Both the position numbers and the translations under genes were made by a program. DNA of 64,000 nt from Azolla caroliniana (Eukaryota > Plantae > Polypodiophyta). Shown here one piece after another: positions 37,215 to 50,900 of the stretch; the stretch's first letter is position 1; the number at the start of each line of letters is the position of its first letter. The stretch covers positions 7,130,001 through 7,194,000 of the forward strand of contig JBHGNT010000011.1 in assembly GCA_043228905.1 (NCBI GenBank), given 5' to 3'. Below the pieces are notes generated by a model, which saw nothing but the letters and a program-made list of their open reading frames with translations, was not told the DNA's origin and searched no databases.

Positions 37215-39071
37215 TAGCTGAAACTCCTAAAAATCTTGTTATTTCATGCATACAAAAAAAACACATAGCTCAATTGGGAAATGAAAAAATTCCCACTCTT
37301 TTACAAAGAAAAATAGTCGAAACATTGATCAATTTCTTCCTCGACAACAATTTCCATCTCTATGGTATTCTTATATGTATGTATATGGCAATTTTCTTGA
37401 ACTAATCTGCTAATAATAATACAAAGTAGGTAATCTATTATAAGGAAGTTCCTCTATTACTCAAGTAGTATGGGTCAAATCTTCACATCATCCTAGAAAT
37501 GTAGCATTACAAATCACTCTTTTGGCGATACCAATGCATGGCATTATAGCAAAAGCATGCATAAAAATTTATTAGTCATTACTAAATGCATATATAGCCT
37601 TGGTATTTTCATACAGATAGAGATGAAAAAATTTCTCCTACTATTTGGAATACATATATATTTGGGGACTAGGACCCAACGAAATATGTATATAATCATT
37701 TTTTACCAACTTCTAATGAGCTTCTCCTATTTCCTCGTTAGCTCTTAGTCGTCTCAGTATGAAAGGAAATTATACAATTTCTAATTTCACTAGGGCCTAG
37801 ATAAATTTGTCGCATTTTCTCACAATTTCACCTGACTTCTTGTAAGGTATTTACTGTAATTACTAGGACACATAAATTATGGTAAACCCTAAACCATAAG
37901 GTTTCAAACATTTCCAAGATACAAAATACCCCAATGGTTTTAAATCTTACTTAGCTATGACCTCTAGGTCGACTTGAGGCTTTCTTCCAACTCGACATAT
38001 AGAACCAATATCCTCACGTGAGACTTGATAAACCCCATAGAAAATTTGTCCCAACTCTATGATGAGAACCACGAGTCTTTTGAGTGAGATACCCAAACCA
38101 AGTTGGAGAACCTACCACTAGAAATTTTGTGCCAACCTACACCAAAGAACAAGAATCCCTTGGTTGAGGTTTTTTCTTAACAACATTGAGAACCAAAATC
38201 CTCACTTGGGATTTTTTTTTTTCTCAACCCAAGTTGGACCCCCACTTAAGAGCATGTCCCCATGCAACAATGAGAACCACTTGATCCATTAGCACTAGAA
38301 TTGCTACCATGTCGTTAAAACTTGTATATCGAGGGAGTACATGAATAAAATTTTGGTAGCTGATTATATATTTAGAGGTAATGTTAGAATTTATGAGAAA
38401 CTATACCATCACGGGGAAGTGATTGCAATGGGAAGCCACAATAAAATGCTCAAGCAATAAGAACGTTTGAAGAAACCCAAAGTGGGAACGAAGAGTGACA
38501 AGATGGTTTTCTTGCTGTCTTTCAATTGGTCACATTCACAAGGAATAGAATGCTAGAATACGACATGGATTTGAAGAGTATGACTTTGCATGTGATCATG
38601 TGTACAACCATGGGGTACATATGTAAGATGTTGAAGCTATGCTATAGCCAAGGCTCGTTACTTGACAATACATAACACTTCAAGGGTCTCAACATCTTAC
38701 CAAGATACATAAATTACAGACCTTACTACAATATAGAATACCGCTAAAAGCTTAGTTAGGATATCGAACACCCCTAAAAGCTTTCGGGCATTGATTGCCG
38801 AGATACAAAATCCCCAGAAGGTTTCAAAACCTTATGTAGGATATTGAACACTCCCCCAAAGGTTTGAAAAACCTTGGCAGGATACAGAACACCCCCTAAA
38901 AAGCTTTTTCGGACATTAAAACTCCTCAAGTTTTGAACCCTAACCAAAAGAGTAGATACTGAAACCCCTACCCTTGTAAAGCTTGCGAGCATTACACGAA
39001 TATCATATCATCGTGGGGGCACCGTATCATCAGCGCGGGATTATACAAAAGGCCAGCCTCTTGGGCCTCTG

Positions 39072-39072
39072 C

Positions 39073-39105
<33 letters not shown>
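39072..39105. repeat. (AGT)n microsatellite
   Basis: About 11 AGT units. Confidence 0.9.
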
Positions 39106-39106
<1 letters not shown>

Positions 39107-39375
39107 ATAAAGCATGGAGATAGAAGAGAAATCAAATTAAAAAAAGGTTGCCTGTTTTTTGGCTTCTTGTAAAGGTAGATCCTTTTGTATTAATTAATTA
39201 TTTAGCTAGTTTTTTTTATAGATATTATATATGTATGTAATTGGGTCAATGAGAGAGTAAAGACAGACAAAGGAGGGAAGAGAGAGCATGAAGACAAAAA
39301 TGACCCTTTTTCATATATACATATGTATACATACATACATATATGTATTTTCATTCACCAGGAATCAATTTGGTC

Positions 39376-39415
<40 letters not shown>

Positions 39416-39720
39416 CTTGGGGTCCATATTCTCTCATTCATTCATTCATTCATCATCCATGGATCCTTGTTCCTCTCCTGCACCTCATCAAACACAGCTG
39501 CTCTGTTCTGCACCTGCAAGGCCAATTTTTGTAGCAAGGTTAAGAAGGTATGCCCTCTAACCCCAAAATTGGATTCTGTTTTCTGCTCTTCCTCAGCCAT
39601 TCTTAAAAAAAAAATGGAGTGTGGCTATGGTGGTTGAAGAGATGATCTGATAGAGAGATAAGATAAGATAGATGGATCCATCTTTTTGAACTTGTCCCTG
39701 ATTATTTGTGAGTGGTGTTA

Positions 39721-42700
39721 ATGAAGAAGGGTGTGTGCAAAGCTGAGAAAAAGGCGGGAGTGGAAGAATCGGCAAGTCTAGCAAAGGAAGGATTTGAGGG
39801 TGTAACATGTGCGAGGAGGAAGCACCCTAAACTCAGCCCTACAATCGACATCCCTACTATTATCCCTACTATCCCTGCCATTGTCACCATACATACCAAA
39901 TTGCTGGGCACCTGCTCAGATATGAATATTAGATCTGCACTACTTTCATCTGCCAATCATCTCCTTTATCCTGCCGCCATTGATTCCTCACTACTAGTCT
40001 CCATGTCTCCATATAATCCACAATCTCTCGAATCCAGCTTTCCTGAGCATCAGGAACCCACACCCCAGTTTTATGATGGAGATCAACATAACCATCAAAG
40101 CCCACAGATTCGGCAACATCTGCCTGTTCGTGCTAATAATATGCTGCCCTATCATTCTCAGGATCCAGGGTCACATCTACAATATGGTGAATACCATGAG
40201 GACCCAGAAGAGAAGAAGAAGAAGAAGAAGAAGAAGCCTTATGATTATCATCCTCCAGAAGAGATATCGCAATGGAAACAACAACAGCAAGGGCAGCCTC
40301 ACCACTTCTCACAGGAGGCACAGGCACAGTCGCAAGTTTTAGGGCGGCATCGTGAAGAATTTGTTCAGCAACCACCACAATTCGTCAATAGCGAGGGCCT
40401 TCCACACCACACTAATTTACGACAAGGACAAAAAGCGCTACAAGTACTGCAACAGCAAGATTATTCGTTCCAGCCGCCATTGGACCTTGAAGGATTTTTT
40501 GACTTAGGGGATGGTTCGTCCTCCAGTAGTTTGAATGCTTCCATTCTCCATTATGACATCCATTCTCATTGTTTGTTGAAGCCTCGATCTTGTGCTGCTC
40601 CGGAAGCAATCCAAACATTATCTGACAGCGATAAGATTGCGTCCTTGGCCGAGGCACTCATGTCAGACTTTGATGATGATCCCAAATGCGTGGTACCCTC
40701 TCCCTCCCCCTCTCCCTCCTTTCCCATCATATGTCAATTGCTTTCACTCCAAATGCGTGTTTTCGTGTTTCTTACCTGGACCACCTGAATAATTATGGAC
40801 TTAGGGATTAACTCCGACAACCAATAATACCATATCCGGAAAATCAATGAATTCGAGCAATACAATTCACAAGCAGAGGTTACGATGGACCCCGGAGCTT
40901 CATAAACGTTTTGTGGAGGCGGTCGATGAGCTAGGGGGTGCAGAAAGTGAGTGTATGTGTGTACATCGGCATCAATATCTATATACATACCTACGCCTTT
41001 CATTGTTGTTTTCTCTTGCTTAACATACATCAATGTTTTGTTTAACCTAGAGGCGACTCCAAAGTGTGTGCTGAACTTAATGGGTGTGCTTGGTCTTGAA
41101 CTACGCCACGTGAAGAGTCACTTGCAGGTCTTTTAAGTGTCTTTTTTCTTTAACCTTTTGCCTGACAATCTTTACTTTATTTATATTATTAAAAGATTGG
41201 TCCAGGAGTCTGAATTTTTATATATATATATATATATTGCAGAAATATAGGATCACAAAAGACATCCCAGAACTACAGGATGGTGAGTTTTTTCATCATG
41301 TTTGTTATATTCAGTCTGTGCGTACGTATTTACTGACTTCAAAATTTTTATAAGGATCTATGCTTTTCCTTGATTGAATAATGTCATATAAACTAATTGG
41401 GGATGGAAGAAATAATTGATATCCACGTGGCATGATCTTAGATAGATAAGTATTTATAGATATATCCATAGATAGATTGTAATGTCCTTTGGGGTCTATG
41501 GGTTGTTGTCCTTTTGTAGAAGTTTTTATATATCAGCATTATCCTTGGTCTCTCTCTCTCTCTCTCTCTCTCTCGTATTTTCATGTATTTTCAAAACGAA
41601 AAGTTGAAACATTGTGGAGAAAGCATGCAAGGAGTTATAGGTTGCAGGAAATGGGCTGCTGTATCAAATATTGTGGTTATGAAATCAATACAAAGTTCTC
41701 TTAGTGGCAACAATAGGTAATTTATATACGAGGATAAATAGTCAGGAGGGCTATAATGCCACTCCGCATGCAGTTCAGCCAGATTTATGAAGGTGTTTCT
41801 TCCTCCTACTTTATGGAAATGGCATACTGAACTGATGGGAGATGACATCGGTTATCCTCAATGAGTTATACAGTGTCAATCAACACTGTCCAAATAGGTG
41901 TGGAGACATTTGCACCATCGAGCTTTTCTATTACTCAGAGATGCTTGATCCTCATGATTAAGGTTTTTTAGCTTCTCCTCGTCCACCAACCATTTCTTAT
42001 GGAGCTGATTTTTAAGCCTCTTATTCTTAGTCTCGTTTCCGACCTCGTATTGATCCTTCAGAAACAGCTCATGTTCTTATTGATATCATATTGGTTCATG
42101 TGTTTTAAATCTTTTTAACCCTTTTGCTAGATTAGAGCATAAGTTTAGTCATAATAGTAGTCTGAACTAGGCTAGCTTGACAGACAACATTGTGTGATAT
42201 CTTCTTCTTAATGTGCAAGATTGTTGTGGAGATGACAGAGTTGTGGGAAAGAAGAAAAAGAATGTACGACTTGCCACCCAACCATAGCCTTATGTATCTG
42301 TCATCTTGTGGCAGTGTTAAGAAATCTAGAAAGGAGTACAAAGAGGAGGTCCAGATATCTGTAAATTGATAGTGTTTGAAAATACTAAGATAAACAGAGA
42401 CAAAACATAGAGAGGGTAAAGTTACTTGTGTACATCTTACTGAACTTTGTGAAAATCCTTTGATTGATTGGAATCTTGTCATTTTGGGTACTTCAATTTA
42501 CCTTAGGATTAAATGGAATTTTATTATGGTGTATCCATATTTGTGTCCCTTGATGTAGACAGAGAGATAAACAAATGTTTTACTTTCTTCTAATTTGATG
42601 GGCCCTCTCTTTTTCTTTGTCATTACTAACAAAACCTCACTGCTGGTTTTTAGGTAGCACAGAGACTAGCAGCAATTGTCTTCACACTGTGTCGAGTACT

Positions 42701-43818
42701 GCGTAAGTAAAATATTGGTGCATTGAGAAAACTAGAAACATTTCCTTTATCATTGTCGAAATGTTGTTCTGATCTTGATTTCGTTTGTTTTGTTTTCATC
42801 TATTAATTATCACAGTGCAACACAAATGACAGAAGCATTGCAGCTGCAAATGGAGATGCAGAAACAACTTCATAAACAACTAGAGGTAATATATACATAA
42901 ATAAGCTGTAAAGGAGCCGTAAAAAAGCTGCTAATGCTTTATTTCTGGAATGAATGCAATCCCGATAATATCTTTAGTTTTGTTAACAATAAACAATGAA
43001 TGCATTGCAAATTGCTGTTCTTTTTGTTTGGCAACAATGATGAACACATTGGAGAATAATAATAAGGCAGCTTGCAAAACTTCCAACCCCATGAACCCAC
43101 CGACTTCATAAGCTTTAAGAATTAATAATTCTGTTTTTGAGTGGCGATCAGTCACCAATCCACAACCATGACCATAGTCATCAGAGATGCAATCCTTTTA
43201 GTCAATCTTTTCAAGGCTGTCTAATATACTCCCAAATAGTGATTTGCTCCACTCACATGCACAATAAGGAATCAAATAACTGCAAGCTGTGTGATTTGCA
43301 GACATTCATCCAGTTTTATGTGATGCAAAACATATTTTCTTTTTGGACAATAATGATGAGCATGTTATAGAATGTGTGCATTTCGAATAATTGTGTTATT
43401 TTAACGGCGATGATGGATAAATACATAATGAAATGTTACATTGCAATGCGAATGAATCCATTGTTTTCTTAAACTGTAACACTTTTGAATATTTTGATGG
43501 CCGCATGTATATGCAATACGAATGATGTTTTATTGTGTCTGACAATAATGCGAATGAATACAGATACAACGTAGCTTACAACTTCGAATTGAAGAGCAAG
43601 GAAAGAACCTCCAAAGGATGCTTGAACAACAGCAGAGAGTAATGGACCCTTCCTTCTCAGGAGGTAGTGACAAGGATTGTAGCATACAAATCAGGTGCGA
43701 AACTGACGATGATAATGTCCATTCCTCGGAGCAAATGAGCCGCAAATTTGATCAGGAGGAAGAGTCACATCCTAAAAGATTGAAACTAGACGCGATTTCA
43801 AAGCAAGGCACGTGCTGA
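39721..43818 (+). CDS. PHR1-like MYB-CC (GARP G2-like plus coiled-coil) transcription factor; exons 39721(start uncertain)-40692, 40805-40946, 41051-41127, 41243-41282, 42654-42702, 42816-42885, 43564-43818
   Basis: [30 protein letters not shown]...HVKSHLQKYR and EALQLQMEMQKQLHKQLEIQRSLQLRIEEQGK; all GT-AG introns keep the frame. Confidence 0.9.
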
Positions 43819-45595
43819 GTGAGAGGCATGGGAATTTCTGTGGTTTTTTCGTACTTGTTCATCAACAACACATGACTGACTCATGGTGGTAGTTTTGTCT
43901 TGTCTTTTTCCCTTTTTCTCTTACCCCATGGCCATCAACCCCATGGGGGCTGATTGCCATTCATGGCGGCTAATCGCGGGGGGGGGGGGGGTTTCGTACT
44001 CCTCGCCTAATAGCATGTAAAAAGTGTGTTACCATCGTCTGAATAGAATAGAAAGGGGAAACCATCACAAATTTTTTAGATTCGGTGCTTTTTTCGCAGC
44101 GACAACAAATGTTCGGATTTTGTTCTTCTTTGTCATGGCTTCGAACATATTTGTTTTTACTTATGCGATTGGGAGCACAAATGTGTTTCGCTCCGCGGGC
44201 TCTCTTTCTCTCTCTCTCTCATGTATACTACAGTCTGACGATTGTATAAATATTGATAGAGATGTCATAGAAGACGAAGCTTTATGGGAATGATGGAATT
44301 GGAAAAATATGTATTAACTTAATGCGTTGTAGGTGCAATAGTTTCGGCAATTGGTGTTTTAATAAGGGATATGAGATATTTATACTACATTTATTGAGTT
44401 TTGGGAGAGAATTTTTGGTGTGGCTTATGTTTTTGTGCTGGATTACTTGTGCGCACCGCGAGTTGATACATATACAACTTGGTGGTTGGTTGCGGAGATA
44501 TAACGTTAGAACATTCCCAAAGGTTCTCTGTTGATAGATGGATTGTTAAACCTACAGGTTTATGATAGATGGGTTATTAAATTTATCAAGTAACCCATGG
44601 TGACATTTGTTGTGTTTGTCCTCCTATCGGTTTAGATTTCCTCAATATTTAACAAGTACATGTTGAATATATCAAGCCATGAACCCTAGTGAGATTAGCC
44701 ATATATGACACTAGTAAGTTTCAACCATCTTTTCCACTGCTTAACTTATTGTGTTCATATATATAATTGAGAAATCTAGAGCATATATGTAGTTGTGATT
44801 TTACTCATAAGTTCTCCAAGTTTTCTAATTATATTGATTAGTACATCCAAACAAAGACATAATGATTTCATGGTATTTTCTACTTGGTCAAAAATAAGGA
44901 TGTGTCTCTTCCCTCCTTTTGAGGGCCACCAAAAGGTAAACTTTTCTTTGTGAAAAATCGGGAATCTCAATTTCCCTATTTTCATGTTTGGGCATGTGTA
45001 ATGATGATTGCATGGTTTAATGATTTGATGCCTTTCTCACTCTTCTTCTTCCTCTACCTTTCCATTTGATTGATTTGTTCCTTGTATTCGAATCTATCAT
45101 ACTCGCCCCAATGACTCAAGGCGCTTTTGCTTGTCTTTCCACGCTTTTTTGTTGGATGTGAATGATGATTATGGTGCTATATATTTATCAATTTCTTGGT
45201 TTGGTCCTCATGTCCCCCACTCCCGTTATCCATGTCATGACTTCAACCTTTCATTAAGTTCTCACTCTTTATCTCCGTCGTCTTGTATGAACCTCAACAT
45301 ATGCATGTAAAGATTTGTTTCATTTTTGGGGGGAGTTTTAATCCATATAGTAGTAGTTCCAAATTATGTAAATGTTTCGTGGGATTTACCTTTTCCAAAC
45401 ATTAAATGATCTCTTTGTATAGTTAAATAAGGAAAAACCTCTCCTTTAATGATGGTTAAAGATAGAATGTCCCTATAGGCTTTAAGTTTCAATGGTTTCT
45501 TGAGATGAGCATGCATGTCAAAACTAACATACTAGGCTAAACTTTAAAAGCTTCTATAACTTTGCCTCTTTGATGTAATGACGTGTAGCACTTAT

Positions 45596-45596
<1 letters not shown>

Positions 45597-45632
<36 letters not shown>
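45597..45632. repeat. (CT)n microsatellite (others at about 39379-39410, 41548-41574 and 47253-47290)
   Basis: Perfect CT runs. Confidence 0.9.
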
Positions 45633-45636
<4 letters not shown>

Positions 45637-47249
45637 CACCAATGAATCTAAAAGGTAGACCTATCTTGTCAAGCTTTTGACCTCATTACTAGAATGTGAG
45701 CCCCTTTTTGAAACATAACTTTTGACTCTATCATCCTATTTGTGTGCATGTGCGCGTGGATTGCATACATACATGTGTGTATTTGAAACCAAATGAGACA
45801 CTACGTGTATTAATTACTTGAGAGCAATAATTCCATCGGCCTTATCCAAGAGAGTCCTTGGTATTTGAAGTTCTCTAGCTATAGAGTCATAATTGAAGAT
45901 TGGAAGATGTTGAGGTCTTACAATCACACATCACACAAATACTTTTCAAACGATGGTAGAATATTTTCACCAGTTATTTGCAAACATGCAAAACGGTTTT
46001 TAAGGCGCAAAAATGCCCACTTCCAAATAATTCCTTTACCCGAGTAAGTAGATTGATGATTAATTATGTAGAGCATATTCTAACACTAAAGTTTGATATT
46101 GGATTATAGAAGCAACATCCACTACAGGGAATATTTTGGGCTTGCCCAAACAGTAAGCCACTAGGTAGTGTAATTATTTTGCATCACGAGAAAAAGGAAA
46201 AAGGAGTTTCTTTATGTCCTTTCATAATCTTTATAGAATACGAAAGGTATAGACACCATTCTCTTCAGTTTTCCTTGTACAAAAGTTTTCTCCAGGTGCA
46301 ATTAATGATTACAGAAACCACTTACAAGGTGCATGCAAATGAGGAATAATTTTCATAAAAATGATAACCATAGGACTAAAGTGTTGCTGCAAATGGTATG
46401 CACATGTCATGCGCCAAACTTGAAATCATGGAACGAAAGGCCAAAAAGCATGCCATTCATTGTCGGGTTAGAAATTCTAAATCTAGTCAGATTTACAAGA
46501 CACTTTACCCCCCTTCAGATTAGAAAAAAAACACACTCTATGGTACAATGGTAGTTTGGTTTGTTATGTGCTTGACATAATGCAAAGATGTGTGAGTTTC
46601 TAGAGATGCACGCCCCCGTAGTGTCTAGCATGCAACGAATGCATGGCGTACGTACGATTTGAAGGTGTGGAGGAGGTGGTTTGGTAAACATATAATAACT
46701 ATGTGAAGTAGGGCAAAAGTCAATTAAGGGTGGGGTTTTGAAGAGATTCAGCATATATACATCGATCCAATGTGAGCTGAAACCCACGACTTTCCACATA
46801 TTGATCCAATGCTTTCTACTGGGTCTTGCACATAGACATAATTCCAACGCTCGTCATCGATGCCCGCCTTTAAGAAACGTGCGTGTGTTTTCCACACGCA
46901 CACGCGGTTGGACCGAAAAGAGTTGAGGGAAATCCAGCGAAACCATTTGCTGTGTGATGAGACGAGTCCGACCGGGGTTTGTTTGATTTATTTATCGTAA
47001 TTACCTTACCCTAGGTCTCAGGTTTGAAACCCGATTTCCTTACCTCTCTATTACATCATATATATATCCTCTTAATTGAGTAGATGGCATAGTGGCAAAG
47101 GCAGGGGTCGAACCCATGACCTTCAGATCTCGATTATATGATTGTTTGTTTTCCCGGGCCCAATCTCTCCTTCCAAGAAGATTCCTTCCCGGGGAGGGGG
47201 AGGGGGAGGCGGATCATGGATGAGAGAATATTCTATATTCTCTGCCTCC

Positions 47250-47294
<45 letters not shown>

Positions 47295-47933
47295 CAGTTT
47301 CAGTTCAAAGCTCTCCATCTGGTCACCAGCCTCTCTACATTCCTGCATTGCAGGTAAAAACCACCTCTCCTTCATTCTTCTCTTCGTTTAAAGAAACCTG
47401 CCTGCATTCTGAATTTACGAACAAGATCCTCTGAAGGGATCTGGAGAGGAGACTAACGATTCTGAGACACGAAAATCTAAAAGAAAGGATCTATAGAGAA
47501 ATTTAGGGGTTTGAAACAACAGTTTTGAAGTGTGGAACTATACGGAGAAAATTTAGGATTTTGAAACAAAAAACCCTAAAAGAATGGATCTACACAGATA
47601 TCCACCTCCAGGAAAAATCTAGGATTTTCAAACAAATATTGTAGAGAAGGGTCTAGAGATAAATGCATCTATCTTTACAGAGAAATTAGGGTTTTATGAA
47701 AAAAAACGTTAGGATTATTTTCAATTTGCGTTTGTGTTTTCTTTAGTTTCTGGGCATATTTTTGTTCGTGTTATTTCTTACATTTAGAATTGCATTTCTT
47801 GGCAGTATACTTCATGCTCTCAGACACTAAAGTTTATTTCACATATTTTCAGTATTCCTTTTGCAGATCCGTCGACTATATATACATATACATATATTTG
47901 TGAGGTGTATATTTTTGCGTTTTCGTGTCTACC

Positions 47934-50900
47934 ATGGCATTGAAGGATGAACTTGACATTGTAATTCCGACAATCCGGAACTTGGATTTTTTGGAGATGT
48001 GGAGACCTTTCTTTCAACCCTACCATCTCATTATTGTGCAAGATGGTGATCCAAACAAACTCATCAAGGTGCCCGAAGGCTTCGATTATGAGCTTCACAA
48101 TCGTAATGATATCAATCGGATTCTCGGCCCTAAGGCTTCATGCATATCATTCAAAGATAGTGCATGCCGATGCTTTGGATATATGATATCGAAGAAGAAA
48201 TACATCTACACAATAGATGATGATTGCTTTGTGAGTATACATGTGTTTATATAGGTATATCTGTCAAGGACAGTTAAATAATCGATGTATTCCAAAAGGT
48301 TAGGTTAATATGATCTTCCCAAGACACATTCTGTGCGTAATGCTTATACATGGCCATTCAAGAAGAAATGTGTCTATAGTATAAATGATAAATGTTTTGT
48401 AAGTATATGTATGTAAGCGTGTATCATATGTGTATATATAATCTTCCAAATGCACCCTTTTCATGTTTAATGATTACGTACCAACATGGTCTCCTGTCTG
48501 GATTCTCATTGTTATATTTTTCAGGTAGCGAAGGATCCATCAGGTAAAGATATCAATGCATTGGAGCAACACATCAAGAATTTGCTAACACCATCCACAC
48601 CCTTATTTTTCAATACTCTTTACGATCCATATAGGGAAGGTGCAGATTTTGTACGTGGCTACCCTTTTAGCCTTAGAGAGGGTGTACCAACAGCAATATC
48701 TCATGGTCTTTGGTTGAACATTCCTGATTATGATGCCCCCACACAACTGGTAAAGCCTTCCGAGCGCAATAAAAGGTAGTTAATTTTTTGATCCATAAAT
48801 CTATGAAAGGATGCTTCCTTCTGTTTCCTATAAAGGGCAATGTAATGATGATATGATATGCAGACTGATTTGCTGTCTATAAATAACAAATGCTGATAAG
48901 AAATACAAACTTAAAAGTCACACCCCCTAGCATGATTTAATAGCATTCTGACAGAAAAATAATAAGTGTTCTAAATTCTAGTCTTACATAACATACCATC
49001 AGGATACAAAGAAAAAAACTACTTGTCAAATTCTTAATAAACGTAAAGTTCCAATCTTTTATACATTTAGTAGCCTTGGGGGGGAACAAAAACGTGTGTG
49101 ACAAGTTTGTAGCAGTAAGGAGCAGTTACCAGATATAGATAGATATATGGATTTTATTATCATTCTTGAAGATCAAATTTGACATATGAGACCTCCAAGA
49201 TTTTACAAAGTATTCCTCCCAGAACTAGTTGGAGAAAAACAGGAGCCAAGATGAAATGAAATAAAAGCAAAAATGTGCTGTCCAAGTATAAAACTGAGCT
49301 CTTCTCGAAATGCAAGAAACTGTGTCAGGAAAGATTCCCCAAATCTGTGGGTATCTGGGACATCCCTTTTATGGAGATTTCATGGAATATGGTGCATTCA
49401 TTTAGTAATTCATGACAAGCTGGTCTAATTCCTGTGTATGCTGGGGACACTAGGCCAGATGCTTCTTTCTCAGATTAGTTAAGACTGCATACGTAGCCTC
49501 TGTATTCTGCCAGCCTGAAGTTTATTTTTTAGCGCATGGGAATGTGTATGCATCAGTGTGATAGCATGCCTCACCCTCTTGGACATGGGTGTCTCAATAT
49601 GGGTACATTGCTTGCAATATTCCCAAATTTATGGGATATAGTATTCGTGTTTTGACTTCTATTGTGGTACTGTTCTTGGTTGCTGTCTGCGTTGTGATGT
49701 AAAATTTGACTCTTTGTTCTATGGTCTTTCATCTCCTCAATCTAGATATTTCCAAATGTCAAGAATCCAACCTGAAGAAAGAAGCCTGCTTTCGAGTATT
49801 AGTGTCACTATGATGAAATGTTATCAGGCTGAAACCCTTTTTTAAGTCCTGGTTGGTTAAAATATTGATAATACAAATAATAAATGTACTGTATATACAT
49901 TATAGATATTAAATAGAAACTCGAAGTTAAGCAGTAGTGATTCATGAACTAAAGCACAGATGAGGGAGGGAAGCAGGCAAATAGCCAGAATTCAAGAGGC
50001 AGAAGGCCTTGTGTTATTGCACAGAAATGTTGAAAAACTAGAAATAAAAGAAAGATATATTAACGTTTTTTAAGAGGCCAAAATGGGCTATAACACTGAA
50101 CAAGAGACTACATTCTAAAACATTCTTTGAAAACAGCAAATCAAAATAAATACAACCAAACATAGCTAAGAACTTAAGATTCTGAGCTTAGATAGACTGA
50201 ACTGAATAAAAGAAAGAAGATACATTAATGTCTTTTAGGAGTACAAAATTGCCTGTGAGACCGAATGAGAGATTGCATTTTAAAATGTTGTCTTATCTTT
50301 GAAACCAATGAACCAAAATAAGTATAAAGAAATAGTAAAACCGACAAACTTACCAGATAGTCTTGTTAGCCAGAGCTTTTTTAGAAAGAAAGAAAGATAT
50401 ATTAACTTCTTTGAGAACAACAAATCAAAATAAAATAAATATTACTAAGTAAATATAAAAGTAAATAAGATAGAACGAGACTAACGAATCTGGTTTTCGG
50501 CACATGTAAGATTCTTAAGTTAGATATATTATAACTTTTGTCTTCGAAAGATCTCTAGCATAGGTTGATCCAGAATGGAGAGATGTCCGAAGCGAAGGAA
50601 GCACCTTTGATGGCGGGAGATAATGGCCTTTATCTGTCAATGAAAAGGGCGGTGAGGTCGTGGTCCGTCGGGCTGGGGCCTGTGTGCACGAAAAATTGCT
50701 ATTGACCGATCTTTTGTAACCCTTTGTTATGTCCAGGTCGGATGGGGCTAAAGAAAGTTGTGATTGTTTCTTTGCGGATGAGCTTGTGTGGCTGTACTAT
50801 TGTCCTTCAACAACTTTTCCCTATCTCTCTTGTGTTCTAACAAGAAAAGCCCTAGGCACCGTTGATCCTCATATTCCATTACCTTGCGTAGTGGGCCAAA

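Noticed and set aside
39045-39080. Possible Helitron or CACTA 3' end (GGCC...GGCC hairpin before CAGTAG)
   Set aside because: No CTRR terminus or matching CACTA TIR found; it runs into an (AGT)n microsatellite
39712-40788. Standalone 358-aa protein
   Set aside because: It is exon 1 of the MYB-CC gene reading through the donor at 40692 into the intron
43978-43992. Poly-G run after the MYB-CC stop (possible G-quadruplex)
   Set aside because: A simple homopolymer of uncertain length with no supporting evidence
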